Shown in pieces: positions 52,486-64,000 of a stretch of DNA of 64,000 nt. The notes under the pieces are model-generated. The model was not told the origin of the DNA, ran no database searches, and was given only the letters and a program-made list of their open reading frames with translations. A program made the translations under genes and the position numbers. How positions within the stretch are numbered: position 1 is the stretch's first letter; each line of letters starts with the position of its first letter. Source of the stretch: Lama glama (lineage: Eukaryota); assembly GCA_028534125.1 (NCBI GenBank), contig CM052816.1:54872001-54936000 (forward strand). The letters run 5' to 3'.

Positions 52486-55409
52486 AGATTTACGTACAGA
52501 TAGTACATCAAGTATGTACACATGAAATAAAGCTAGAATGACCTCCTATGTTATCGAAAGCCTGTCTTCAAATTTGACCTAAAACTCACCAGAAATGAAA
52601 ACTGGAACTGGCCTGTGTCTCCTCCTGCTGCCCCTGGATTTACTGCTTCTTCCCCATTCCTTTTATTGGTTATTCCCACTGAACCACAACGCCTATCATG
52701 AACACCTCATCCCAAACCAAAGGTGAAGCTATTCCTTATGAGCATCTTCAAGGTCCTCAGAGCACTTCATTTTCCTTTCCAGGGTGGAGGACTCTTTCTT
52801 ATGGGTATCACTGGCTTTCTCTTTTCTCTGCAGGGAAAACCTGGATCGTTTACCAGGCACAGAGAAACAAAATAGAGGTAAAAGGACTTTCCTTTCTACT
52901 GTTCAAGCAGATTCTTCAACTTTTTTTTTTTGCTTTGAGTTGAGATGGTTTGCATAAGAAGCTCTGTGTGTAAATGTACAAGGTCTGATCCAAGTGAGAC
53001 AGGGAGAAGAGGAACGTCGGAGGAGGATGCTGGGAGGGGGATGAAGGGCAGAGAAAGGTGAAATTTCTCCAATTTTAGGTTAAAGCTAAGGAGAAAAATA
53101 AAATGTTATTTTGTCTTGCAAGAGACCAGAAAAAATTTTTTTAAACCACTTCATAAAAATCCCAAGACAAATGCTCCATTCTGTTGTGCTACTTTGTGCC
53201 TTGCAGAGCACGCGAAAGCTGTTTCGTCGAGGCATTTGCTATCTGAGTTGTTATTCAGGAAATCACCAGCTATAAATCCTGGTCTCTATCATACAGCACT
53301 GTATGGAATAAATGTCCCGAAAGGAGAATTGCTGGCCAAAAACCAGAAAGTGTGTTTTTTCTGCACAAACTCTATTTTAATGCAGTGCTCTGATCCACAA
53401 ACTCTCAAGTAGTACAAGTCAATTTCTCTCCCTTAATGTTTTGAAAATCAGCATAGGAAATATTTTATGAAAGATTAAAAACAAAGACCAGATATTTTTA
53501 TGGGTAAAGTATAACTGGTTATCTTTTGTGCCAACAAGAAGTTAACATCGCAAGTTTGGACTAGATTAAGTTCTCAAGGTAAACCTTTTCATTTACTGGC
53601 AGCTGATGCAAAACTGTTACCACAATTCCATCAGCCTTATTAGCTCAAGGGACCAGAGATGCAGACAAACACATGCTGCACGACTGAGGCGGGCATCCAT
53701 GGGCCCCCACCGCTCTCTCCTATAAAACTTACTTGGTTCACTATAAGAAAATGATGTGGGAAAAAAGAAAAGAAAAGAAAATGACATGAAATGTTAAAAC
53801 AATGCTAATTATTTTCTTTAGAACACAGGTTCACTATGAAAAAATCAGTACATGACTCCAAGACCTAACAGGAGTGGAGAAGGCTTCTGAGGACTTCTTC
53901 CTCATTCTCTTCTTTAGGAGGGAGATGATATAGCAGAATCCGTAGAGTTTGGAACGCATTCCATGAATCCTGGCTCAGTGAGATGCTAACAGTGTCCTGG
54001 GAGGACAAGGGGGACAAATGAACTTAGAAAATGTTGCATTCTATGATCTCGCTTAAGGATTCATAAGTTGCGTTTGCATCCTGACAGCTCAGAGAATTCC
54101 TGAGGCTGGGAATCAAGTTTACTTTATTTTAACCCAGTGCCTCCCCAGTTTTTTTGACCATGGAACTCCTTTTTCCAGAATACTTGGTAACATTCCATAT
54201 GATGAGATGAAAAGAAACTGAGAGAAGAAGTACAATTTGGGGACTAAAATCACGGCATTTGGGGGTCACACTTTCTGAGTTCAAATACTATTTCCAGCAC
54301 AACACCAGTGACTTCTCTGTAAAAAGAAGGGTTTTAACAGTATCTAACCTTGGAAGGCTATTGTAAGGAGTGAGTAGGAATAAAATGTTTAGCACTGTCC
54401 CCGGCACATAGAAAAGTCCAGCAAACATTAACCACAATTGTTATTGGCGTGTCCCCCAAGTTTGAATCTGTCCTATTCCCTCACCAGATGTGTAACCTTG
54501 ACAGATTGATTAATCCAATTAATATTTTTGAGCATCAAGTATTTTCCAGACCCATTTCCAAGCGGTGCATCAGGCAAAGCCCTTCAGTTTACTGGGCAAT
54601 AAGTCTTAGATTCTCACCAGAATTAGGATGGCATTAGTTCAAAGTGGTTTTGAGGATTAAATCCTAGCAGACAGCTGGCACCCAGAGGTCACTCATATAG
54701 TTTCCTTCTCTTTACACCAACCATTTTTTCAAAGAATATCTTGGGCAATTTATTTCCTAGAAAATAATACTTAATACATGACTGTTACCCTTCTTCCTCT
54801 CTGTTCCCTTAGACCTAGGATAAGGAAAAAAGAATTAAGTGGAATGGCCTGAGGCATTGATGGATATAAGAAAGACTGCAAACCTTGTAGCCCATTTGTA
54901 ATAGGTGTGGTTAACTTTTGAAAAGCATTTGAAATTTTGAAAAGAATTGTTAATTACTTCATACAGTACAGTGTTGCACAAATATATGCTTTATTCCTAA
55001 TTCTTCCAAACTCCAGTCACCAGCCAGAAAGTTACTGTACTTCTGATTAGGTTTGGCCCAATTACTCATCTACCTAGGATGTATAATACTGATATTAGAA
55101 CATGCCTGGCGAGAGAGCTGGTCTGGCATATACAAATGCACAAACACAAAAAAGACACATACATGTGCTAAACTTCCAAGATCGGCAGACATTTTATAAA
55201 GCTTATAAAATAAAACCTTTAAAACCCCAAACAGGTACTTATCTTTAATGTTACTGTGCATTAAGCAAAAGGCTGGTCCTAAGCTTCAACATTTGGTTGG
55301 GAGGGGAGAGACAGTGAGAGAGAGAGACAAACCTCAGGAGGTTCAGTGTCATGGTTTTTGGCTGATACCTTAGTTCAAGTGATTCCAGTGTTAAATATTT
55401 AACAGTGCT

Positions 55410-55465
55410 AAAATGATTATGAATCAATAAAAAAAATAAATAAAAAATAAAAAGTAAAAAAAAAA
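55410..55465 (+). mobile_element. Ultra-short L1 3' tip plus poly(A) with 13-bp TSD
   Basis: aaaatgattatgaatcaataaaaa is identical to 26711-26734. TSD atttaacagtgct at 55397-55409 and 55466-55478. Confidence 0.8.
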
Positions 55466-56859
55466 ATTTAACAGTGCTTTAATAATACTTTGACAATTTT
55501 TTTCATATACTGGAAAAAAACAAAAAGCTAAGTGTACTCAGGATAGCCAGCACCTAAGTGGGGATTACAGAAACATGTATGCTCTAAAAGAAATGTTTAA
55601 GCAGGAAAACATAGAGCTTGGAGCCTTCGGTGTCCAAAGACCCAGGGTGAGCATGAGGTAAGTCACACCTCCCTGGGATCCTCCACTGCTCTGTGCCCTC
55701 TACTGGTGTCCAGTATATTGTAGGTTCTCAGCTATACAGCCTTCTCCCAAATATGTATGAGCAGTTATCAAGTATTGGTAGAAACTTTATGGAAAGAAAC
55801 CTGATAATATAATAGCAAGTAACTACTGCACACCTGTTAAGTGTAGGGCATGGAGTTTTATCAGCTTTTATTTATTCTTCCCATGACCCAGTGAGTTATC
55901 ACCTTTCTTTGAAAAACTGAGTCAGACACTAAGAAAGATGAAATATTTTGCCCAGGATCACATGTAAGTGGAAAAACCACAATCTGAACCCAAATTTCAC
56001 CCTGGAAGCTGCACATTAACCGACACACTATACCACTTCTTGAAGGAATACATCAGGAAACTTAAAACACAGGCCAGAAATTTTACTCTGTGAATATAAC
56101 TTAATAAGTACAGCTACGGTCCATGACTTTTAGGCAAGGCAGAAACTGTACACAGCTGAAGTATCTAACAAAAAGAATGTTCATCCACTGCCAACAATGT
56201 TACACAGCCACTTATTTTCATGGAGTATTTTAAAAAATGGAAAAATACTGATGGTAAATGAACAGAAAAGGAGAAGATGCAAAATTATACAGTAAGATAA
56301 CTTTATTTCTAAAGTTACATACATTTAAATAAATATATACAAACTGGAAACATATAGCAAAATATTAGCAGTGGTTTTCCCCACTTATTGGCAAGGTTCT
56401 TCATCTTTTCCTGTAACTTAATTTTTATCATAAACATGTATCTTCAGTAATAGAAAATAATGAAATCCAGTGTGTTTTAAAGTCCAGTGTATAAAAATCA
56501 TGAGCTTGTCTGCCGATTACATCTAACACTTGAGCCAAAATGGAGTCTTGTGTCAGCAAACATTAAAAGAACACCCATAAGGATGGGGTGATGGGTGTAA
56601 TATAGGGGGAAAGGTAGTTTGTCATGAGGGGTGGAAGCAGGAGAAGACAAAAAGACACTCAAAAACTTCTTTTTTAAGCCTACTGGTTGAGACATGTAAC
56701 TAATTAAATTCCCTCTTAAGGAAAAATGTTAAGTACATCTATTTTTTTCACGTATCTCTAACCATGTTAACAGCCTGGTTTTCAGGCTTGGAAAGTATGA
56801 ATGAAAACACAAAACAAATAAAACATTAACAAATCAAGAGTTCAGCCTGGATCATCTGT

Positions 56860-57748
56860 GCCACTGATAGTAATATACAAATGCAGAGAGAGAAACTGAA
56901 GAAATTGTTGAACAAAAAAGAACCAGAACTTGATGATTTGGAAAATTCTCAACCTATCAATATTGCAAAAAATGAGAAACCACGTTCTGCTGAGAACACA
57001 TGGGGTGTAGCTGGACAATCAATGCATGAAGAATGTGATGCATGGATTTCATCAGTCATCTCAGTAAAAGCCAGGAATAGAGATGGGGTTATACCAGCAG
57101 AGACACTGCCCATTTAGACTAAAGGGGACAGAGGCAGGGCAACAATGAAGGAAGGAGGTCAGACCCCTGGGAGCTATGTTATCTACCCTGAAGGTGATTC
57201 AGAGACTGAGGGCTGTCACTGCTACCCGAGGCCCAGACTAGTCTCCTCCTTGGTTTCAAAGGGCAATGCTGTTTCTTTCCGGGTTTTGGTGAGCTAGGCC
57301 GCTGCCCTCTGTGGGTCTGGAGGCAGGACCATCACCCCAGTGGGCCCAAGAGGCAGAGCACCAAGCAGATTATTCTGGAGCCTTAAAATCGAATGGAATT
57401 CGCCCCGCTAAGTCTTAGGACTTGCTTGGGATCCATCACTCCCTTTCTTCTTTGTAATACCTCCCTTTTAGAATGGGGGTGTGTATTGTATGGCTGTCCC
57501 CACCTTACATCTTAGAAGCACAAAACTGGCCTAGTTTCAAAGGTTCACAGCTAGAGAGGAATTCTTGCCTCAGGATGAATCATATCTCAAGTTTCACCCA
57601 CACCTGATCTAGATGATTTTTTGGTGAGATTGGGGACTTAAAGTTGATACCAGAATGGGTTAAGATTTGAGGGCTTCTGGGACATAGATGAATGCATCTT
57701 GTATATGAGAAATACAGGAATTTGGGGGGTGGTCCAAGAGGCAGAGCA
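56860..57748 (+). mobile_element. MaLR (MLT1-type) internal sequence
   Basis: aaagaaccagaacttgatgatttggaaaattctcaacct...; ends in a G-rich tract before the LTR. Confidence 0.7.
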
Positions 57749-57919
57749 TTATGGTCAAAATTGTGTCCCCTCCAAATTCATATATTGAAGTCCTAACCCC
57801 CAGTACATGAGATTGTGACGGTATTCAGAGGGGACCTTTAAGAGGTGATTAACTTTAAATGAGGCCATTTGGGTTGGCCCTAATCCAATGACTAGCGTAC
57901 TTATAAGGAGAGGAGATTA

Positions 57920-57960
<41 letters not shown>

Positions 57961-58170
57961 AGGCTGTGTATGCACAGGTGGAAACCCAGTGAGGACACAG
58001 CAAGAAGGCAGCCACTGACAAGTCAAGGAGAGAGGCTTCAAAAGCAACTAATCCCACAGACACCTTGATCTTGGAGCTCCAGCCTCCGGAACTAGGAGAA
58101 AAGAACTTTTTGTTGTTGAAGCTACTCAGTCTGTGCTATTTTGTTACGGCAGTCCAAGTAAACAATATAC
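57749..58170 (+). mobile_element. MLT1A-like MaLR LTR
   Basis: ttatggtcaaaattgtgtcccctccaaattcatatattgaagtcctaacccccagtac...gacaccttgatcttggagctccagcctccggaact...attttgttacggcag. Confidence 0.88.
57922..57959. repeat. (CA)n microsatellite
   Basis: Directly visible inside the LTR. Confidence 0.97.
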
Positions 58171-58334
58171 TGGCTGAAACAGCAACTCCCTGCATCCTCT
58201 AAAACCTCTCACCCGATTTTCTTTCTCTTTATTGCATTGATTACTACCTGGCAGATTATATCATATTTATCAGTTTGACAGAGTCACCTACTTAGAATGT
58301 AAACTCTGTAAAAGCAAGGACCTTGTCTGTCATT

Positions 58335-58565
58335 TGAGAGGCATACAGCACAATGATTAAAAACACCCACCCTAAAGGCAGATGCTTGAGATTGAACCCA
58401 AGCTCTGCCACTTACGAGCCGTGTGCCTTGGGGAATGGACTGAACTTGTCTGTGTCTCCGTCTCCTAATCTGTATGTTGGGGACAGTCACAGTACTGCTA
58501 TAGAGGGCTGCTGTGAACTGATGGAAGCAAAGCACAAAGAACGGTGCCTGGTACATCATAAGCAC
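58335..58565 (+). mobile_element. MIR
   Basis: gaacccaagctctgccacttacgagccgtgtgccttggg...agaacggtgcctggtacatcataagc. Confidence 0.75.
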
Positions 58566-60545
58566 CTGTAGCGGGAGCCGTCATAGCTTTCATGGCTCAG
58601 TGCTGTAACCCAGGACCACTCTGCCTAACTGCCAATGTAAGTCACTCTTCACATCTGTCCTTCAGTGCTATCTGTCTGCCACACGCACTTCCACGGGGCA
58701 GCAACTAAGCCAGCATTTTGCTATGTCAAACATAGCTCCTCTCGTCACAGTCGGTCTCATCTCCTTGGCCGATCCAAGCTGCTCCCCCGCCCCAGTCGGT
58801 TAAAACACACATCCTCTGTTGTTGCCTTACACAAGTCATAGGCTTGCATGGTACTTAGTAGGGGCTACACAGATATTTATACTTGTTCACAAGCCAGGTT
58901 TCCACTATATGTTGTTATTTCCACATGTCATATATTTATATACCTTAGGGGCTCCCACGACACTGATAATGCCAACCACAAATGACGACAGCTCAGCACT
59001 GAGCAGGTATTTGGCACCTCCATGAATGTATTCTCACGTTAACCTGGTAAGATCAGTGTTATTTCCCTCTGAGAGAGAAGGAAACAGGCTCGGACACTTA
59101 GGAAACTTGCACATAGTCATACAGCTAGTAGGCTGAGATTCCAGTCCAGATTGTCACCTCCGCAGCACACGTGCCTGTCACACCCCACTCTGCCCTGACA
59201 AATCATCTAAGAGGAAGGTGGTGAACAGGACTTCAGCTCACTGCCCAGGAAGGTTCACCTCTTAAGCAGAAATTCACAGTGAAGCTGTCGTTAAACTGAA
59301 ACAACCCAATTTGTATTTTCATAGACTCTGTTTTCCCAAAGCAAGCTGTCCCTACGCTTTAATATAGGATGACAGTAAACTCCCTCTTGGGACTGGCTGG
59401 AGAGGCTGCTGTCACTTTCAGAGGCATCTGTGGGGTGGAGCTGTGCACTGGATGCTGGGTTCCCTAAAATCTGGCTTCAAATTTGGTTCTGCAATTTGTT
59501 AGGTCATGATTACCTTGGTGTGCAACCATCTCCCTGGATTACAGTTTCCCTTTCCAGAGAACTGGACACAACACCAGCTACCTCATGGAGAAGTCATGAG
59601 AACTAAAAGAGATGCCATCTGTGGAGTTACCTAGTAAAAAAGTACCCAGCATATAATAGGTGTTCAGGAAACAACTGTTGATAAAAAGGGAGAAAAGGGA
59701 GGTAGGCAGGTGAACATCAGTTTAAAGAATGATGTCCCCAAGGAGCCACCAGATAGCACATGTTCTCCAAGGAGCATCTTCCCTACGCACCTGAGCAGCA
59801 TGGCACACTGAGCTGAACATGTAAGATGCAAAGTCCTCTGGGGCATATGACACCCACAGCAAAGCCAGTGGGCCAAAGTCCCTTGGGGAACTGAACTCAA
59901 AAACTGGACTCTGTCTACCTGGCTTCCTTGGAACTCGCTGCAGGGTGAGATGAGGCTGTAATGTTGTTCATAGGCAGTGCAAAGAAAGCACCTCACATTT
60001 TGCAAGATAAGCACAAGCTGAGAGCAGAGGAGAAGCAAAGAAGAAAGAACCAAAAGTACTGGGCAACAGTTTCCTAGTAAATCAACACTCATCTGAGGCT
60101 TCCGCACAAATTCGGGCCAAAGTAACAACTGAAGACTTGATGAAGCAGATTCTCCTTCCTGGGTTTGGCAGCCTTGTGCACATGATCTAACCACAAAATA
60201 ATCACTGTTCTTGCACTTTTAGACATTTCTTTGCCCCAATGTAGGCAGGAAAATGAAAGGGGCAGGCTAAATAAGATGATTGTAAACTTAGCTGATTTGC
60301 CACACTCCGTCATACGCTCAACTCTCCTTTTTACAGCCCTTTCCTACTTCCTAGCCAAATATTCAATGCGGGATGGTTAAATAATGGACATTCTGGGACA
60401 CCAAGAGAAGCCCATAACAAAAAGCCAGGCCAAATTTCAAAACAGAAGACATATCATGGGCCAAAAGTGCATCCAGGAAGGATTTCCTTCCCTCTCTTCT
60501 TCCCCTTAAACTACAGGTCTCTTGTGCTCAAAGTTAACCCTTGGT

Positions 60546-60680
60546 GGGGAAGGTATAGCTCAGTAGTAGAGTACGCACTTAGCATGCACGAGGTCCTGGG
60601 TTCAATCTCCAGAACTTCCATTAAAGCAAATGAAAATAATAAATAAACAAATAAATCTAATTACCTCCCCTCCCCAACAA
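60546..60680 (+). mobile_element. tRNA-derived camelid SINE (vic-1 type)
   Basis: ggggaaggtatagctcagtagtagagtacgcacttagcatgcacgaggtcctgggttcaatctcc...taattacctcccc. Confidence 0.9.
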
Positions 60681-63045
60681 TGGGGGCAAAAAGCAACGTT
60701 AATAGTTTTCTGGTGATGGGGAGTAAGACAGAGAGATGAAGAGATGAGCGCTGGTTCTTCTGCAGTCTAAAAGATCAAAAAAGAGTGGCTCTTAGTAGGC
60801 AGCAGTCAAGTACAGCACGAGAAGACACGACTGGTAAGTTGAACTGTGAGAAATGTCATTTCGGTGCCCGTCATATCACAAGCCCCGTCCTCCCTTAGTG
60901 GCACCCTGTGCCCAGCCCCTATTGATTTCCCCCACCTCCACCCCCAGTTGTACCATAGAAGTGACAAACGGGGACTCACTAGATGCCATCCATCATCGTC
61001 ACTAGGAGGAGAATGAAAAGAATCCAACATATGTTCTTGCAAATGCCTCCCTTTCCCCACTCCCACACCCCTCCTCCTCGCCGGTGCACGATCTTTACAA
61101 GCAGCAAGCCACTGTTTCACAGCCCTTCAGTGGAAATGGACAGGGAGCAGTGGGGACCTGTTCTCTTTCAGATGTGTGTCTGCATTTCCAGGTCACAGGC
61201 TCCCCAGGCCAGACTGAAGCAGGGCTTCACACCAACTGGCTACTGACAATCCAGACCACAGACAGCAGAGGGACCGATGACTAAAGCAACACTGCGCTCG
61301 TGCCAGGAGGGATGGCGGAAGAGAAAGGATGCACAATTACAGGTGGCAGATGGCCCTCTCCCCAAGATGTTCTCAAGACAGAGGACCTGGAGTTCCTTAT
61401 TTCTCTGTTGACCATCATGACACTTGATAAATCAATTCCTATGGCAACAGCTCTAAGTCTAACGCTCCAAAAATAAAAGGATGTTTTAAATGGAAGACAG
61501 ATACTTGCATTCATTCCTGGGAATAGAGGGAGAGGCAGAAGGTGGCAACTTGCATCATAAGCTATAGAACAGTTTTACTCTTTGACGCTGTAATCCCCCA
61601 CTATGCATCTATTCCGGCTAAAAGAAGAGAACAAAAGCAACAACAGAAAACCAACCATACGCATGAGGCTACGAGTTGCAGTGATACTGAAAAATAAAGA
61701 ACTGAAAAGCGATTTCCCAGAAGAGACTGAGAAGTCATGGTCCATAATATAGATGAAATACGTAGCCATTAAAATTTATGATGACGACTTAGCAAAATGG
61801 AGGGATGCTGATGTAGTCAAGTGAGTAAGACAATGGTACAAGTATACATGTGCTTTTTGTTATAACTACTCTGGGTGTGCCTGCATTTGAAACATTTAGA
61901 GAAATTGATATACTAGTTTGGTGGAATTCTAAGATTTCCTGATTTGAGAGCAGGGGGAAGGGGGAATGTCTGTCATAAACAAAAATTAAGACAAAAAAAA
62001 ATTGGGGTAAAAGTCACCACACTTGCTTCAACTAGTTTTCAAATCTCAGTTCTGCCACACGAGAAGAGGTAGCAACATCACATCGCACATCGTGCAACAA
62101 GGATGCAACTTTCAGAACTTACGGGGGAAAGCTAAGAAACAGAAAGAGATAGCCAGACTATGTGCATGACTTAAAAATACTTGCATGCAAGATGCGGTAC
62201 ATTACCAGAAAACATGCAGGCCTAAATGATGTATTTAATACACACCTGAATGGATGCCTACGTGAGGGAGGGGAATAGGGAAAAAAGGAAGTAACTCTTA
62301 GGGGCTCAGCACAAACCCGTGGCCACCACGTGACCAGCGAGACCACGTGTCATACCCCTGAGAAGTGGGACTGGCTCAACCTCTGCACCTGAGGTCAAGG
62401 AGGGCCAATCACGGTTTGGAGATTTTGGAGTCAACTGCTACAATTTCAGGCTACTGGAATTTCCTCTCCAGGACATGTTCCACACTCCCGAACAGTGGAT
62501 GCTTTATATGACAGCCGTTCTTTTTCATCCCAGGCTCTAATTTTCCTTCTATTTAAAACAAGATTAAAAGACCGCAGGAAATCGTCATTACTGAAAAATA
62601 CTCAACCATGTTGCCAGTCGTGTCCACAATTTTGTCACACGATTACATAACAACTGTATAGTAATATGTGTGTATAATTATAAACTTAGTAATATAACCA
62701 TATGTAACTACTCCGAAATGACCCCTTATAGGCTACAAAAGAAACAAACAGCAAGAGTGGCTACATCTGGGGAGGGGAACCGGGTAAGAAGGAGACATAA
62801 TTTTCACTGTGTATTCTCTTTTGGACCTTTTAAAATTTTGTATTATGTGTATGTATGAGCAAATAACACTTTTAAAGCACCTTCTTAAGCAAGTACTCTC
62901 CTGATACGTGTAATATTACAAAGTAAGCTTAAGGAGTAAAATGTTCCAATTACACCAGAACCAGCAAGAAGCCCACCTAGCTCTCCTCTCGAAGCTGCAC
63001 CCGGTTCCCAGACTAGAGACCTGGAGACCTTTCCTCCCAGATCCC

Positions 63046-63140
63046 GCTCACCGGCTGAACCAGCCGCAGCTCACCAGGTGGCAGCACTCGCTGCGGTGCC
63101 CGCTGTCTGCCTGGATTCTATATGCAGGTTAATAATTAAT
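63046..63140 (-). promoter_or_regulatory. IQGAP2: Candidate intronic alternative promoter / short non-coding first exon of IQGAP2
   Basis: HNF1 site GTTAATAATTAAT (63128-63140), TATA-like TATAGAA on the minus strand (63116-63122), and donors CTG|gtgagc (after 63075) and CCG|gtgagc (after 63052). CpGs are locally retained. Confidence 0.55.
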
Positions 63141-64000
63141 GAGAGCCCTGCCACCCGGGGTATCTTCCCAGGACCAACGGCAGGCAGCCGGGGACTGCAG
63201 TTTCTGTCAAACTGTCCCCACCCTCGAGTCTCTCTACATTTCTTGCATCCGAGAAGTATAGATGCCCCTGTGATCCAAAGGCAGGAGTCCCTGGGGGCTT
63301 CAGAATCCTTCGCCAATGAGGCATGTCAAAAAGCTGTCTTTTCTTAGAAGTCAGTTTCTTTACCGTCTGCTAGCTTCTGAGTCAGAGCAGCAGCTCCCTG
63401 GGGCAGAGCGGACTTCGAAGCAGGACGTGGGAGGAGGGGCGGCCAGGCCAGCACTGCCTTGGACCCGCTAGAAGCAGTTCCTGTGGGACCCACCCCCACA
63501 GCATGTTCGGGATCTGGGCACCCTAAGTGCCATCCATAGTGAAAGCCTTTGAGATGGGTAAGAATTTTCAGACAGATAATTAAGTACCATTTCGCTTGTC
63601 TAACAATTTTGTCATTGGTCTGCATTGAAACTGACAACTGAAATAGAGAAGACTTTTTTTTTTCTGTGGGGAACCCTTACAGAGAGGGGAAATGTACGTC
63701 CACACGAATAACAAGCAGTCTTGTCCTACCCACCTTGGGGAAATAGGAGAGCTTTTAAGGGCAAAGGGCAAGAAGAAGCCAGAAAACAAATTTCTGTGTA
63801 GTAAGAAAATCAGAATTCAAATTCTATAGCTGAATACGATGTCCAGGTAGAAAAAAGTAGACAGGCAGGAAAAGAGTGATGGACACAAAGCGAAAATGAT
63901 GAAAAGCAGGAGACACACACACCACGGGTTCCCCTTCTGATAGGAAGCGCAAACCATTGGGACTAACAGTGAACAAAAAGGTTTCCAGCTTCGTTGCCCA

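Larger units (their letters stand above)
1..64000 (-). other. IQGAP2: IQGAP2 gene body (partial: within intron 2 at right edge to intron 12 at left edge)
   Basis: Nine minus-strand exons translate to WMEVCLVEELPPTTELEEGLRNGVYLAK...QNCIDMVNIEIQEEND, in the correct order and with compatible phases. This matches IQGAP2 as I recall it. Confidence 0.97.

Noticed and set aside
59664..60194. 176-aa minus-strand ORF in intron 2
   Set aside because: It has no recognisable protein features or convincing splice context and is probably a chance ORF.
1..64000. CRISPR arrays, operons or other prokaryote-type or novel multi-gene systems
   Set aside because: The sequence is a repeat-rich mammalian intron-exon region with no regularly spaced repeats and no long uninterrupted genes.

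Overview
This is mammalian genomic DNA, very probably from a camelid, because it carries five copies of a tRNA-derived vic-1-type SINE. The whole window lies inside IQGAP2 on the minus strand. Nine coding exons (3-10 and 12, using human numbering recalled from memory) can be read with GT-AG boundaries and consistent reading phases. They encode most of the calponin-homology domain and the following repeat region. Exon 11 is absent; phase arithmetic says it must exist, and it most likely lies in the 500-N gap at 11337-11836. The rest is intron filled with L1, SINE, MIR, L2, DNA-transposon and LTR relics. Nearly all ORF-track entries are spurious, and I found no evidence of a wholly new biological system. 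The best leads are two candidate internal promoters or alternative first exons of IQGAP2. One is in intron 12 (MHSFP mini-exon, about 3020-3320). The other is in intron 2 (HNF1, DR1 and CTCF-like motifs plus tandem donors, about 63050-63770). Lesser leads are a possible 84-nt in-frame cassette exon, a multi-layer nested transposon and several ultra-short retroposition events. Repeat family names come from recognition of consensus motifs and need RepeatMasker confirmation.
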